From Candidatus Hydrothermarchaeum profundi (GTDB lineage: Archaea > Hydrothermarchaeota > Hydrothermarchaeia > Hydrothermarchaeales > Hydrothermarchaeaceae), in NCBI GenBank assembly GCA_002011125.2, contig MTMF02000009.1:1160989-1224988 (forward strand): a DNA stretch of 64,000 nt, read 5' to 3'. Positions 28,360 through 38,868 of the stretch are shown one piece after another (position 1 is the first letter of the stretch; every line of letters begins with the position of its first letter). A program made the translations under genes and the position numbers. Under the pieces are notes generated by a model that searched no databases, was not told the origin of the DNA, and worked only from the letters and a program-made list of their open reading frames with translations.

Positions 28360-29163
28360 TTACCGTGATAAAAGAAGATTATTTCTTCTAATACTTTTCT
28401 GTTTACTTATCCATCCGAGGAATTCGTCTAAGAATTCAAGATTTTCTGGAGAATTAGCTGCATTTATATGGATTGAAAGCCTAAAAATTCCTCTAGTTTT
28501 TTGGTAATCTATTTTCGCCTTTTTTATTCCCCCCATATTTGAATTGTACCATGTATATTCGTGGGTTTGGTAGGGAAGAGTACCGTTTGGTAAATCAATG
28601 AAAAAAGCATAATACACGAAATCGAACTCTTCTCTTAAGAGCGTAGATACTTCAGGGCTAGTATACCATCCTGGAGGGGCAAAATATCTTGGCTCTTTTA
28701 GACCTGAAGTATTAAACTCTTTTTTTGCCCTCTCCACCAGCAATTGAGCACTTTTAGAGCTTGTAAAAAACTCTGGGTTAGCAAAGGATATTTTATGCGT
28801 ATACCCATGGGCACCTATAATAAATCCCTTATTTGAGAGTTCCTGTAACGTTAAAGTAAAATCTTTATAATCACTTAATAGGGCGTTCCCCCCATGATTA
28901 GGGATTACAAAGAGCACCACCTTATCGACAGAATTAGAATGCTCCTCTATTATACTTGTTATCTCCATAAGCTTATCAACTCCATAACAAGGGGAGACAT
29001 CATGGATCTCAATCCATAGTTGCGGAGGAGAATCCTCAAATTCTATCCTGCTGAGACCATGAATAAGCGTATGGGCAAATACACTAAATTCATCAACAAA
29101 TACTATTGCTAAGAAACCTATCACTATTCCTAGGAGTACTAATGTAGTTTTTTTCGTAGCCAT
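28360..29163 (-). CDS. Membrane-anchored DUF2334/polysaccharide deacetylase-like protein
   Basis: IHDVSP, LFVIP, HGYTH, FAPPGW, RLSIH; N-terminal TM. Confidence 0.78.
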   Translation of the reverse strand: MATKKTTLVLLGIVIGFLAIVFVDEFSVFAHTLIHGLSRIEFEDSPPQLWIEIHDVSPCYGVDKLMEITSIIEEHSNSVDKVVLFVIPNHGGNALLSDYKDFTLTLQELSNKGFIIGAHGYTHKISFANPEFFTSSKSAQLLVERAKKEFNTSGLKEPRYFAPPGWYTSPEVSTLLREEFDFVYYAFFIDLPNGTLPYQTHEYTWYNSNMGGIKKAKIDYQKTRGIFRLSIHINAANSPENLEFLDEFLGWISKQKSIRRNNLLLSR

Positions 29164-29246
29164 CGCTCAGACCTTCAATGAAACAACATATCTAGAGAGG
29201 CGGCAGTTACATCTCCTTAGCAATATACCCTGAATATCCAGTAAAA

Positions 29247-30143
29247 TTATTTTGTAAGCAAAAAAACTTTACTTGCTCTTGAGAAATTCTTTATCTCATA
29301 TCCAGTAGCTTCACTTAAAGCTTTGGAAAAAGCCTCAACTTCTTCAAAGGAGGGCATGTCTTCTCTTTTAAGCCTTTTACGAGAGTATCCCACATGAACG
29401 TACCCCTTAGGTTCAATAAAATCTGGGTCTGCCCTAGAGATTAAATCAGCAAATTTCTCAGGATGCTCTAGATTGTATCCCCTTACTAATGTAATCCTCA
29501 CGACTTTCCTGATTTTTCTTCCACCAATAATATCGATGCTTTCATTAAGCTTTTCCCACCCGTCTGGTAATTGTGGGTTATTGATTTTCTTATATAATTC
29601 CTTATCATATGCTATAAGTGAGAGGTAAAGCTGAGTAGGCGCTACCTTGTACAGAGCCTCAGGGTTTTGTCCATTGGTAACCAAGTAGGTAGTAAAGTTC
29701 CTCCTATGGAATTCATCTATTAGCTCGTCTATATAGGGATAAGTAGTTGGCTCTCCTGCAAGGGAAATTGCAGCATGCCTAGGATTGTATGCTTCTTTCA
29801 CTTCTTCTCTTAAAACTCTCTTTTCTCCCCAGTACCCGCTAAGAAGCTTCCTTTGATTTTCAATGGACTTCTCTACTATATATGAAGGTTCATCAGCTGG
29901 AAAATCAAATTTTGTTCCAAGGGTATGTTCTATCGGGCGCCAGCAGAAAATACACCTATGCTGGCACCATGAGACACTAGGTGTCATTTGAAGGCATCTG
30001 TGACTCTCAATTCCATAGAATTTAGATTTGTAGCATGATCTTTTTCTAAGCAGTCTCTCTCTAGTCCAGTGGCAAACTTTAACAGCGGAATGTTTTCCTA
30101 CCATCCTATATCCTTGCTTTTCAAGAAGACTAGTTACTTTCAT
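29247..30143 (-). CDS. taw1: 4-demethylwyosine synthase (radical SAM)
   Basis: HSAVKVCHW, CYK.KFYGI.SHRC, C..RC.FCWR, AISLAGEPT, EPKGY. Confidence 0.95.
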   Translation of the reverse strand: MKVTSLLEKQGYRMVGKHSAVKVCHWTRERLLRKRSCYKSKFYGIESHRCLQMTPSVSWCQHRCIFCWRPIEHTLGTKFDFPADEPSYIVEKSIENQRKLLSGYWGEKRVLREEVKEAYNPRHAAISLAGEPTTYPYIDELIDEFHRRNFTTYLVTNGQNPEALYKVAPTQLYLSLIAYDKELYKKINNPQLPDGWEKLNESIDIIGGRKIRKVVRITLVRGYNLEHPEKFADLISRADPDFIEPKGYVHVGYSRKRLKREDMPSFEEVEAFSKALSEATGYEIKNFSRASKVFLLTK

Positions 30144-30149
30144 CTTTTC

Positions 30150-30200
30150 ACTCAGAGGAGGTCCCTTTCTTTTAGAGGGGCAGTTTACTTCATCATTTTA
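30150..30200 (-). ncRNA. Candidate box C/D guide sRNA
   Basis: Box C ATGATGA (30196-30190) and box D CTGA (30155-30152) in a non-coding gap; first guide AAACTGCCCC resembles the complement of a conserved 23S domain V segment; internal D'/C' boxes are degenerate. Confidence 0.45.
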
Positions 30201-30248
30201 AAATTCACATCAATAAGCTTTGCTTCCAGGTCTAAGAAACATCGTGTT

Positions 30249-30671
30249 TTATTGGCCTCCCGCTGCGTTTAGGAATTCCCAAGCTTTTTTAAGAGTTTCT
30301 TTAGCATTTTTATAGGTCAATTTCTTTATTGCGTCCTGATAATTAAGCCATACGTAATCCCTGTGCTCGTATGAGAGGCTCACAGTATCCGTTGTTGTTT
30401 CAGCTAGGTAGAAGGTTACTTCTTTGTAGATGGTTTTTCCTTCTCTTTTGTAGAAGTAGCTTATCTTATTTTCAAACCCTTCTATAATTTTTATATTCTT
30501 TAAACTGGTCTCTTCTCTTATCTCCCTAATCGCAGTTTCTCTTTTATCTTCTCCTTTTTCAACGTTACCTTTGGGGAAATCCCAGTGGCCTGACTCATAA
30601 TTTAATAAGAGAAACTTTATATCTTTATTTCTCTTAAAAACCACAGCCCCAGCTGATATCTCTCTCGCCAT
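30249..30671 (-). CDS. NUDIX hydrolase (Ap4A hydrolase-like)
   Basis: SAGAVVF, HWDFPKGNVEKGE...TAIREIREET, LSYEH. Confidence 0.88.
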   Translation of the reverse strand: MAREISAGAVVFKRNKDIKFLLLNYESGHWDFPKGNVEKGEDKRETAIREIREETSLKNIKIIEGFENKISYFYKREGKTIYKEVTFYLAETTTDTVSLSYEHRDYVWLNYQDAIKKLTYKNAKETLKKAWEFLNAAGGQ

Positions 30672-30688
30672 ATAACTATCGGTACAAT

Positions 30689-31672
30689 TTAACTTTTAGT
30701 TCCATTTTTTAATAACATGCTAACCTGCCTTATGCACTCCTCTAATATTTCTTCTACGCTACCAGCACCCTTAGCTCCAGCTGCACCGGGATGTCCTCCT
30801 CCTCCCCCTCCGATTGATGTTCCTATCCCCTGCATTAAATCGCTTCCAAGGTGTATTCCCGTAGACCTTTGGAAATCGGGTGAAGCTCTCACCGATAAAG
30901 TTATTTTTCCATTATTTTCAGAACCTACAAAGGCACAATCCGCACCTAGTTTAACTAAAGCACTCGCGGAACTAGCTTCGAAAGATCCTACATGGGAGGC
31001 TACTATTATCCATCCATCCATTTTAATTATCTTCATTCTCTGTGCTGCTTTTAACTGTGCGATTTTCTGGGATTTATCTTTAGGAGTTTCCAAAAGCTCC
31101 ACGGCACTTGCGAAGTCTATCCCAGAATCTAATATACTTGCAATCGTCTTAAGAGTATCTGAGGTAGCATATCTAAGATGCCCGGTATCGCTTATTATGC
31201 CTAGGAGGAGAGCTAGTCCAATTTTTTTACCTACTGGAACCTCCATTTCCAGTATTAGTTTATATACCACTTCTGCTACAGAGGAGAATTCTTCAACTAT
31301 ATAAAAGTCCGCGATTCCCCTTGTTTCTTCATGAGGGCTATGATGATCTATTACGGCTATTTTGGATGCTTTTTTAATATTTTCAGATATGGGGGATAAC
31401 TGCCTCAAAGTTGAAGTATCCAGCAGGATTACCAGATCCGTATCAAGATTAGGATTAACAATGAAATTATCCCCTAATTCTTCGGCTATCCTCTTAGATA
31501 CTTTTGAGGTTCCATTAGCAACGCCAATATCGACGGTCGCCCTAGAGTTATATGTAGTTATAGCTTCTTTTAAGGCTATGGAACTTGCGATTGCATCAAC
31601 ATCGGCATTTTGATGAGATAGAATAACTACTTTCCCAGACAGCTTTTTAAGGTAATTTAGAAAGTCTTTCAC
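30689..31672 (-). CDS. DHH/DHHA1 phosphoesterase
   Basis: HQNADVD, LLDT, IDHH, SDTG, GGGHPGAAG. Confidence 0.9.
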   Translation of the reverse strand: MKDFLNYLKKLSGKVVILSHQNADVDAIASSIALKEAITTYNSRATVDIGVANGTSKVSKRIAEELGDNFIVNPNLDTDLVILLDTSTLRQLSPISENIKKASKIAVIDHHSPHEETRGIADFYIVEEFSSVAEVVYKLILEMEVPVGKKIGLALLLGIISDTGHLRYATSDTLKTIASILDSGIDFASAVELLETPKDKSQKIAQLKAAQRMKIIKMDGWIIVASHVGSFEASSASALVKLGADCAFVGSENNGKITLSVRASPDFQRSTGIHLGSDLMQGIGTSIGGGGGGHPGAAGAKGAGSVEEILEECIRQVSMLLKNGTKS

Positions 31673-32031
31673 TACCCCGCCCTCTGCTGGTAACCTTTAA
31701 GAGTTTCTTGAATCTTAGCTTGCATTTCTTTTAAGCGTGTCTGGAGCTTCTCTTCTTGTTTTTTAAGGGTTTTCACTCTCAACGCTAACGTTTCTTTCTT
31801 ATCCGAAAGTTCTTCCTGTATCTTGTTCTTATCCCCTTTAACTAGAAGAGCTCCAATACTCTTATAAACTTCTGCTTCGTCTTCAAGCTTTCCAAGTTCT
31901 TCTAGAGCTCTCTCAACTTCTTTCATTTGCAGTTCAAGTTGAACCCTCTGATTCGTCGTCGTTTGAAGTTGTTGTTGTAGACCTTGAAACTGTGCTAACT
32001 GATGCTGTAAGTTGGGTGGTATTTGCTCCAT
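31672..32031 (-). CDS. pfdB: Prefoldin beta subunit
   Basis: Coiled-coil with VYKSIGALLVK hairpin; superoperon position. Confidence 0.92.
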   Translation of the reverse strand: MEQIPPNLQHQLAQFQGLQQQLQTTTNQRVQLELQMKEVERALEELGKLEDEAEVYKSIGALLVKGDKNKIQEELSDKKETLALRVKTLKKQEEKLQTRLKEMQAKIQETLKGYQQRAG

Positions 32032-32276
32032 TCATCAACCTCCATTAAAGATTTAGATACTTTAATCCATCTTGATAAAGTATTTATCGCAGCCCTAAAG
32101 GCTGTCGAGTCGGTAGAGGATAATAGTATAGAGAGTTTTTTGCCATATAAGTTTAGTTTAGTAGCTGTTTTATCTGATGGCGATGTAAGTATCTCAGGCT
32201 TAATAGCCCTATAAATTATAGAAGCTTCTTTTTCCTCATTGAAGTATATTTCAATCACCGCCCTAGCAGATTTCAT
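31995..32276 (-). CDS. pcc1: KEOPS complex subunit Pcc1
   Basis: IIYRAIKPE, D.TAFRAAINT..RWI; superoperon position. Confidence 0.82.
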   Translation of the reverse strand: MKSARAVIEIYFNEEKEASIIYRAIKPEILTSPSDKTATKLNLYGKKLSILLSSTDSTAFRAAINTLSRWIKVSKSLMEVDEWSKYHPTYSIS

Positions 32277-32671
32277 GGTTCACTTACCTCCTCTACTCTA
32301 ATTGCTAGTCCATTCTGGAATATTAATGTATTATTGGACTGTTTTATAATATTGTCCTCCGTTCCCAGTTTTTCCGAGATTAATTTTGAAAGTTTTCCGA
32401 TTTTAGCTTCTGTCATCCTCCTTCCCTCTCTACTAAGCTTGACTCCTGTGATTACTATATGGAGGAGGCGTTTACCTTTCTCATATATTTCAATTGTTCT
32501 TGGATTACCTTTACTCTCGGTAACGTAAACAGTTCTTTCTTGGTGTAATAAATCCTGTAATCTCGCTTTTCCTCTAGTCTTATATACTGATCCAGGTATG
32601 GCCTTTTGGAGGTCCTTGCAAAAGCTCCTAGTTCTGTTACTCGGCTTTCTCGAGGTTGTTATGAGGATCAT
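32273..32671 (-). CDS. Brix/Imp4-like rRNA maturation protein (short)
   Basis: MILITTSRKPSNRTRSFCKDL, RGK, GNP. Confidence 0.82.
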   Translation of the reverse strand: MILITTSRKPSNRTRSFCKDLQKAIPGSVYKTRGKARLQDLLHQERTVYVTESKGNPRTIEIYEKGKRLLHIVITGVKLSREGRRMTEAKIGKLSKLISEKLGTEDNIIKQSNNTLIFQNGLAIRVEEVSEP

Positions 32672-32805
32672 CTAGCCTTGATCTTCTTGATTATACCTGG
32701 CCGGGTCTTATATAGTATTTTGTATCCGCAGAAGGGGCATCGTACTTGAGCATCGGCCCCAAGTTCAACCATCCTACCGCAATTTCCACATTTATACAGT
32801 GACAT
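32668..32805 (-). CDS. rpoP: RNA polymerase subunit P (Rpo12); not in the ORF track
   Basis: Manual translation MSLYKCGNCGRMVELGADAQVRCPFCGYKILYKTRPGIIKKIKAR (45 aa zinc ribbon). Confidence 0.93.
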   Translation of the reverse strand: MSLYKCGNCGRMVELGADAQVRCPFCGYKILYKTRPGIIKKIKAR

Positions 32806-33067
32806 CTCCGCCACCTACTCTTCTAAGTGCTTTCTCAACAGTTTTCATCATACCCGTAGTGGGAACATATGCCCCACCAGTAAACTTAGCTCCACATCTC
32901 CTACAACCCCATATTCCGCTAGCTATTCTTTTTACGGCAAGCCTTTTACAGGTAGGACATTCATGATACCTGCGCTGTTTTTCTTCTATCTCTTGCCATC
33001 GTCTGCGTAGCCTCATACCATATCTGGCTCCAAATTGCCTAGGATTCTTAGTTTTCTTTTTTACCAC
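32792..33067 (-). CDS. rpl37ae: 50S ribosomal protein L37Ae (eL43)
   Basis: FGARYG, CPTC...GIWGCRRCG..FTGGAY. Confidence 0.95.
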   Translation of the reverse strand: MVKKKTKNPRQFGARYGMRLRRRWQEIEEKQRRYHECPTCKRLAVKRIASGIWGCRRCGAKFTGGAYVPTTGMMKTVEKALRRVGGGDVTV

Positions 33068-33068
33068 T

Positions 33069-33881
33069 TTAAACCTCCTTAAATGGAATATGCTTTCTTA
33101 GTTCTTTTGATTTTTCTAGCCCTCGATCTATTACCTCTAATATCTCTTTCTCTGTGAAAGTTCCAACGCCGCCCTTCTGCATTGCACATATATCGCCTTT
33201 CTTAGTATAAGCGACAGTGAGTCTAGCGTCCATTACCTGCTCTTCATCTAATATTGGGTCTACTACTATGTTATCCCCTATTTTAGCGAAGGTTGTTTCT
33301 ACGGGCAGATCTTTAATAGGCAACCTTTCATCAGTTTTTTCCTTGTATATTATCATGCCGTCTTCAACTTTGGGAAGCCTAGTATCAACTAATGCTGATA
33401 TTGCTCCTAATTCGCATGCGTCAAATAAGTTGCCGTCGTAGTCTAATATGTGGAGATCTATGAATACTATCCAGACTTCCTCTCCTTCAACCCTGCATAA
33501 CTTTTCAAGGTCAATACATTCCGACTCCCGGATTCCTCTGTCAACTACTCTTGCCAGTTCAATGGTATCTTCCCCGGGTGGCCCTTTCTCGAAAGTTGGA
33601 CTAGCAAGAGGTCTTAACTCCGCATTGGTTGTTAAGACCCCGGAATTAGGCATATCTGGAAAAGGCTCTCCGATAGCAAGCTTAACTCCTGCCATCACCC
33701 TGGTTTTTCCTATTTGAACAATAGCTGAGCCCTCGGCTTTCTCTCCTACTCCAACTTCTACAGCAATTGGCCTATATTCGTCGAATCCTCTGTTATCCAC
33801 ACGTTTTCCAGCTTTCAGTGTTTGTATAATGTTGTCTCTTTTTATTTCAGCGATTAAATCGTACATTTTATGTTCCTCCAT
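33069..33881 (-). CDS. rrp42: Exosome subunit Rrp42
   Basis: [36 protein letters not shown]. Confidence 0.95.
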   Translation of the reverse strand: MEEHKMYDLIAEIKRDNIIQTLKAGKRVDNRGFDEYRPIAVEVGVGEKAEGSAIVQIGKTRVMAGVKLAIGEPFPDMPNSGVLTTNAELRPLASPTFEKGPPGEDTIELARVVDRGIRESECIDLEKLCRVEGEEVWIVFIDLHILDYDGNLFDACELGAISALVDTRLPKVEDGMIIYKEKTDERLPIKDLPVETTFAKIGDNIVVDPILDEEQVMDARLTVAYTKKGDICAMQKGGVGTFTEKEILEVIDRGLEKSKELRKHIPFKEV

Positions 33882-34587
33882 ATTTCTTTCGCAAAGCCTC
33901 TTTTTGTATTTTGTGAACTTTCTTACATCCTTTTATTGCTAGTTTAAAGGCCTTCTCAAATTCTTCTCTAGTAAAATTACCGTCCATCTGAAGGAGAGTC
34001 ACTTCTCCTTTTTTAGGTGTTATAGCTACGGGTAGATCTGCTTCTCCGTAGTTATCTTCAACATCGTTTAGGTCTAGTACTATTTCTCCTCCTACCTTGC
34101 CTGCAGCACAGGCAGGTACTAGATCAGCCATAGGGATACCTGCGTCTGCTAGAGCTACTGAGGCAGCTGTTATTCCAGAGCACCTAGTACCCGCGTTAGC
34201 TTGAAGAATCTCTATGAAGACATCTATTGCTGTCCTCGGAAATAGATGAGTAAATACCACATGCTCAAGGGCCTCTCGAGTTACTTTTGAAATCTCAACA
34301 CTTCTTCTATCTGGTCCAGGTCTTTTTCTATCGCTTACTGAAAATGCCGCCATATTATATATACATCTCAATATAGCGCTGTCTGGCCGCGCAAGATGAC
34401 GCGGATGAACTTCTCTCGGACCATAGCAGGCGGCCATAACTTTATTCCCTCCCCATTCTAAATAGGCTGAGCCATCAGCACGTTTTAATACTCCTGCTTC
34501 TATTTTTATGGGTCTTAATTCATCAAAGGCTCTTCCATCTAGTCTTTTGCCATCTATGATTAGTCTTTCAGGTTCTCCAACTTTCAT
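33868..34587 (-). CDS. rrp41: Exosome subunit Rrp41
   Basis: [44 protein letters not shown]. Confidence 0.96.
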   Translation of the reverse strand: MKVGEPERLIIDGKRLDGRAFDELRPIKIEAGVLKRADGSAYLEWGGNKVMAACYGPREVHPRHLARPDSAILRCIYNMAAFSVSDRKRPGPDRRSVEISKVTREALEHVVFTHLFPRTAIDVFIEILQANAGTRCSGITAASVALADAGIPMADLVPACAAGKVGGEIVLDLNDVEDNYGEADLPVAITPKKGEVTLLQMDGNFTREEFEKAFKLAIKGCKKVHKIQKEALRKKYGGT

Positions 34588-35255
34588 TTCTTTTCCCTCT
34601 CTGAAATTATCATATTTTTAACTCTATCCGTTAATCCCGCTGTATGAGCTTCTCTTTCAATCATCTCAATAGCTTTAGTAACTAAATCAGTTTGCTCTGG
34701 CGATCCATCAAGCCATATCCTACCGTTTTGTCCCACTAAGATGTTAATTCTTGTTTTCTTTTTTATCATCGACAACATGGAACCTTTACGTCCAATTATC
34801 CTTGGGACTTTGGTAGGGGTTACTTCAATTACTTTTCCCTTTTTTATTATCCTCGCACCTTTTTCTTGCATGGTAATATAAACTTTTTTTCTAGGAGTAA
34901 TCTCTCTTACTTTGGCATAAATCGTGTCGCCCAAAGATAATATTTTAGAGAGATCTGTCTGAAAAGGGTCAATATCACGAAAATAGTCACTCGAATTAAG
35001 CACAGCAGAGTGTGCAGAATTTATATCAACGTACCATCTGGAAAATTCTATATCGCTTATTATACCTATAACAAAGTCGCCTACTTTAGGAACGTATTTC
35101 CCGGTAAGAGGGATTATTCTTATGGTTCTCCCTCTTATATCTAGTAGGCCCATTACTGAGGAATATATTTTATTATCTTCTCGATATACCCCATTTTCAA
35201 GCTTGAAATCTCCTTCTGCGACAAGTTCGCCTGGAATAACCAATTTCCTTGACAT
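34584..35255 (-). CDS. rrp4: Exosome RNA-binding subunit Rrp4
   Basis: VIPGE, YVPKVGD (S1), [12 protein letters not shown] (KH), GQNGRIW. Confidence 0.95.
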   Translation of the reverse strand: MSRKLVIPGELVAEGDFKLENGVYREDNKIYSSVMGLLDIRGRTIRIIPLTGKYVPKVGDFVIGIISDIEFSRWYVDINSAHSAVLNSSDYFRDIDPFQTDLSKILSLGDTIYAKVREITPRKKVYITMQEKGARIIKKGKVIEVTPTKVPRIIGRKGSMLSMIKKKTRINILVGQNGRIWLDGSPEQTDLVTKAIEMIEREAHTAGLTDRVKNMIISEREKK

Positions 35256-35266
35256 TTAATATTCCT

Positions 35267-35959
35267 CTACAGTATTTTACTCTCTACTTCACCTTTAGTA
35301 AGGGAATTGAGTTCTCTAAGGAAGTCGTCTATCATGCCAGCCGGTATCTCAATAAGAAATATCCATGAGCCATCTTTTTGCCATTCCTCCTTCTTTACCT
35401 CTCCGTACGGCTTTATCACAGGATAGGCTTTAGCAGCATACTGAGGAGGTATCTTCACAGCTATTGTTTTGTTCTCAATTCTAATAGGTATTAAAGGTCT
35501 TATAGCTTTGATAACGTTTGGCACTTGCTCTTCAGCAGTTTTCCATAAATCAACTCTTACCTTCGCCTCCTCCATAGCTTTCTCGATTCGCTTCGGAGGA
35601 TGAGGGGTGTTGGTTTGAGGGTTTATAGAATTTCTAGCTATTATATTCACTATCTGTTTTCTTTTATCCTCTAACATCTTTCTACGTTGCTCGGTAGTAA
35701 GCTGGATCTCACCTTTCTTTATTATCACTTTCGCTACTTCTAGGGGGTCACTATAACCAAACGTTTCTTTTAAGCTCTCTTCACTGGCTTTATCACCTTT
35801 CCGAGCATCTTTGAATATAGTTTCAACCGCAAGGACATTTGACATATCTACCTCTTCACCTCTTCTTACCCTCAAGGCTAGATCAGGGTCCACTAATATC
35901 TCGAATCTTTTGCCATGAGAATCTAGATGGGCGATTACAGCTTCTTCTAGCGTTACCAA
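35267..35959 (-). CDS. Ribosome maturation factor SBDS/Sdo1
   Basis: [31 protein letters not shown]. Confidence 0.95.
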   Translation of the reverse strand: MVTLEEAVIAHLDSHGKRFEILVDPDLALRVRRGEEVDMSNVLAVETIFKDARKGDKASEESLKETFGYSDPLEVAKVIIKKGEIQLTTEQRRKMLEDKRKQIVNIIARNSINPQTNTPHPPKRIEKAMEEAKVRVDLWKTAEEQVPNVIKAIRPLIPIRIENKTIAVKIPPQYAAKAYPVIKPYGEVKKEEWQKDGSWIFLIEIPAGMIDDFLRELNSLTKGEVESKIL

Positions 35960-36703
35960 TTACTCCTCTCCCTTAGGAGGCTCTTTCTTTTTAACTTTAG
36001 AAATATATTTTTTCACTTCCTCTGGTGTTAGTTTTCTAAATTCTTTAGTCTCCAGTTCTATTACTGCAACCTCAATGGTTTCTTCTGTCATCCTCCCTTC
36101 AGTTACCTCGTTCATCACAGTTAAAGCAAGTTCAATAGCCTCGTCTTTTGTCATATCTTCTCTATATTTATCTTCAAAGATCTCCATAGCCGTGGCTCTC
36201 CCGGCTCCAATAGCAGTTGCTTTATATTCAATAAGAGCTCCACTAGGGTCGGTTTCAAAAAGCCTAGGCGTATCATTTACTCCAGCTATGAGGAGTGCTA
36301 TACCGAAGGGTCTAACTCCCCCATGCTGAGTATAAAGCTGTTTAAAATCACACATTTTCTTCGCTAGGATTTCTATATCAATTGGTTCATCATAAGTAAC
36401 TCTATTTGTTTGAGCTTCTACTCTAGCTCTATCTATCAGAACCCTAGCGTCAGCTACTAATCCAGATGTTGCGGCTCCAATATTTTCATCTATCTGAAAG
36501 ATTTTCTCAATAGATTTTGCTTCGACTAATCTACTTGTTATCCTCTTATCAACACATAACACAACTCCGTCTTTATATCTGATCCCAAGAGATGTTGTAC
36601 CTCTTTTAACAGCTTCTCTAGCGTATTCTACTTGGAATAGCCTACCATCTGGACTAAAGACAGTAATTGCTCTATCATATCCCATGCTGGGTACCGGCTG
36701 CAT
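35960..36703 (-). CDS. psmA: Proteasome alpha subunit
   Basis: [31 protein letters not shown]. Confidence 0.97.
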   Translation of the reverse strand: MQPVPSMGYDRAITVFSPDGRLFQVEYAREAVKRGTTSLGIRYKDGVVLCVDKRITSRLVEAKSIEKIFQIDENIGAATSGLVADARVLIDRARVEAQTNRVTYDEPIDIEILAKKMCDFKQLYTQHGGVRPFGIALLIAGVNDTPRLFETDPSGALIEYKATAIGAGRATAMEIFEDKYREDMTKDEAIELALTVMNEVTEGRMTEETIEVAVIELETKEFRKLTPEEVKKYISKVKKKEPPKGEE

Positions 36704-37220
36704 TTTCTTTCCCTCCTAAATCATTTTTCATGAGACCTAAGTATTTCACTTTAAGGCGTTTCAGCCTTCCTTGCAATTCTTTATCCCTGGGAAGTGCATC
36801 GACACACTCCCCCATGCTACGCACTATTTCTACTTTTTTTCCTATAAAGAATCCCTCTTTTTTCTCACTTTTAAATATTGGCCTCTTATTTAAAAACTTT
36901 CTTCTCAATGATTTTATTGTTCCAGAAACTCCTAACGTCTTTAAATGAACCTTTTCATCTCCTATGTAACCTATTAATCCTAAACATGCTTTTATCTTGC
37001 CTACGGATTTATGGTTACATACTAGGAATCCTTCCTGAGTGTCTTTGTTGAAATCAACTATCCATAGGTTAAAATCACTTGCAGTGCATTCTCCAAAAAA
37101 TCCTAAGGTCTGACTCAGTATTTCTCTAACTACAGCGTCCTTACCGTAGGTTTCCCCGCTTTCGACTCTAAAGGCTATGTATCTTTTTTTTTCTCTTAAT
37201 GAAGGCTTTAATTTTTTCAT
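36675..37220 (-). CDS. rnp2: RNase P protein Pop5/Rpp14 with C-terminal extension
   Basis: [19 protein letters not shown]. Confidence 0.88.
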   Translation of the reverse strand: MKKLKPSLREKKRYIAFRVESGETYGKDAVVREILSQTLGFFGECTASDFNLWIVDFNKDTQEGFLVCNHKSVGKIKACLGLIGYIGDEKVHLKTLGVSGTIKSLRRKFLNKRPIFKSEKKEGFFIGKKVEIVRSMGECVDALPRDKELQGRLKRLKVKYLGLMKNDLGGKENAAGTQHGI

Positions 37221-37221
37221 T

Positions 37222-37830
37222 TTATGTTTTCCTCAATTTTTTTCTTGGAACTTCCTCCATAGACATTTTTATTTCTTCTTCGGTGAAGCCGATAGCGGTT
37301 AAGATTTCTCTAACAACATCTGAACTTCGCAAATCGAGATTAGATTTAGCGCCAGTAGAAACGATAATATCGAATCCATATTTTCGAGAAAGCATAAGAT
37401 TTCTTTTTATATTTTTCAAAGCATAGACCCGGGCATTCCACTTTGTAGAGGTCAGGCTGCTAAGATTTACTTCAATTGCTACATCATTTTCAGCGGCTTT
37501 TCGGCTGATAAAAGAATCAATACCTGAGTCTCTCCTGCCTCTATCGGGATGCGCGAGTATACCCACTCTGCTATCACTTACCGCTGCTCTATTAACAGAC
37601 TCTTTACCCCCATGCACGATTATATAATCCATTTCGTCGAATTTTTTGACTTTCTTATCTAAGTCCTTTTTACCTTTGATTTCGACCTCTACTCCTGAAG
37701 GGCACTCATATCTTATTCCATCACAGATTCCAATTTCTATTCTCAGTTCTTTTGCATGATATAGTAATCTTGCCGGCGAATCTACGCCCGAAGAAAAGAT
37801 TGAATGAGTATGGAGGTCTACGAATCTCAT
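37222..37830 (-). CDS. rnp3: RNase P protein Rpp30
   Basis: DLHTH, NRAAV...VGIL.HP, AAENDVAIE, GA.S.LDLR. Confidence 0.88.
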   Translation of the reverse strand: MRFVDLHTHSIFSSGVDSPARLLYHAKELRIEIGICDGIRYECPSGVEVEIKGKKDLDKKVKKFDEMDYIIVHGGKESVNRAAVSDSRVGILAHPDRGRRDSGIDSFISRKAAENDVAIEVNLSSLTSTKWNARVYALKNIKRNLMLSRKYGFDIIVSTGAKSNLDLRSSDVVREILTAIGFTEEEIKMSMEEVPRKKLRKT

Positions 37831-38237
37831 GAAAAAGTCTGCTTTAATTCTTCTATAATTTTCTTTCTGTTAAAAGGATAAGTAGTTATCTTAAAGGTAA
37901 TCTGGATTCCCTCACCTAGTGAAATCGTCTCGTCGCATGCCTTCATTTTGTCTAGCCGTAGGTAGAAATTTCCATCTTGAAATCTTTTCTCGATCTCTCC
38001 GGAAATTTTTTTTCTTTCTGTTAAGGATAAGTTATTGAGTATTTGGTTTAATAACTGCTCTGCTTCTTTCCTCCCAAAGGATATAGTTATTATATCTATA
38101 GGGTTACCAAAGTGGCCATAGCTTCTTTCTATAGTTGGAGTAAAATCTGCGAGAATATTTTTAAGACAATTAAGGACTTTTTCTATATCTTCTGTAGCGT
38201 ATACGAAAGTTTGAACACTTGCTCCTAGGATTCTCAC
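37827..38237 (-). CDS. DUF54-family RNA-binding protein of the exosome superoperon
   Basis: ATED..KV, GHFGNPI, FYLRLDK. Confidence 0.82.
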   Translation of the reverse strand: MRILGASVQTFVYATEDIEKVLNCLKNILADFTPTIERSYGHFGNPIDIITISFGRKEAEQLLNQILNNLSLTERKKISGEIEKRFQDGNFYLRLDKMKACDETISLGEGIQITFKITTYPFNRKKIIEELKQTFS

Positions 38238-38812
38238 TTTCCTAAGCCTTTATTGGCCCTTATACTGGGCCTAATTTTTTCAGCACCCTTCCCTTTGTTT
38301 CTCAACCCTCTAGATCTCTTACCGGCAGAGGTCAGCCCCCTAAATACTCTCTTTCTGTGAGCTTTCCCGGTTATCCATCTTAGCTCTTTATCGCTTTTTA
38401 TAGCTGGATGGTTGGGGTCAACGAAAATAACTTCATAATACTTATATTGGCCATCTTCTCCGATCCAATAAGAATTTAGAACTTCAAGATTTGGAAACTT
38501 TCTTTGGGCTCTCTCTTCGGCTATCCATTGTAGGCTTTTTTTAGGCGTTATTTTGTTGACTCCCATTTTGCTGGGTTTTCTACCGCCTCTTGGTCTTGCT
38601 TTTCTTCTACCGCCTCTTCGCACTTTTACTCTTGCGACAATTATGCCTTGTTTAGCTTTATATCCAAGAGCCCTAGCCCGGTCTAGCCTAAGAGGATGTT
38701 CTACTCTCACAACGGTTGGGCCTTTCCTCCATATAGGGATTCGTGTCTTTAGAAGCTCCTCGATATAAGATTCTTCAGGCTTCTTCCATGCTTCTCTTAT
38801 ATAACTGTACAT
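38234..38812 (-). CDS. rpl15e: 50S ribosomal protein L15e
   Basis: [29 protein letters not shown]. Confidence 0.97.
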   Translation of the reverse strand: MYSYIREAWKKPEESYIEELLKTRIPIWRKGPTVVRVEHPLRLDRARALGYKAKQGIIVARVKVRRGGRRKARPRGGRKPSKMGVNKITPKKSLQWIAEERAQRKFPNLEVLNSYWIGEDGQYKYYEVIFVDPNHPAIKSDKELRWITGKAHRKRVFRGLTSAGKRSRGLRNKGKGAEKIRPSIRANKGLGK

Positions 38813-38868
38813 GATACTAGCTCCATCGATTTCCTCTTAAATTTTGCCTTCATAAAAATATTTTAAAC

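Noticed and set aside
29165-29216. Second possible C/D sRNA downstream of taw1 (CTGA box, GC-rich AACTGCCGCCT stretch)
   Set aside because: Box C would be GAGATGT (two mismatches) and no target was recognised; too weak to call.
30717-31304. 195-aa plus-strand ORF with a poly-Pro run
   Set aside because: Antisense shadow of the Gly-rich DHHA1 motif of the DHH gene.
30249-38812. Exosome/proteasome/RNase P/prefoldin gene cluster as a novel system
   Set aside because: This is the well-known conserved archaeal superoperon.
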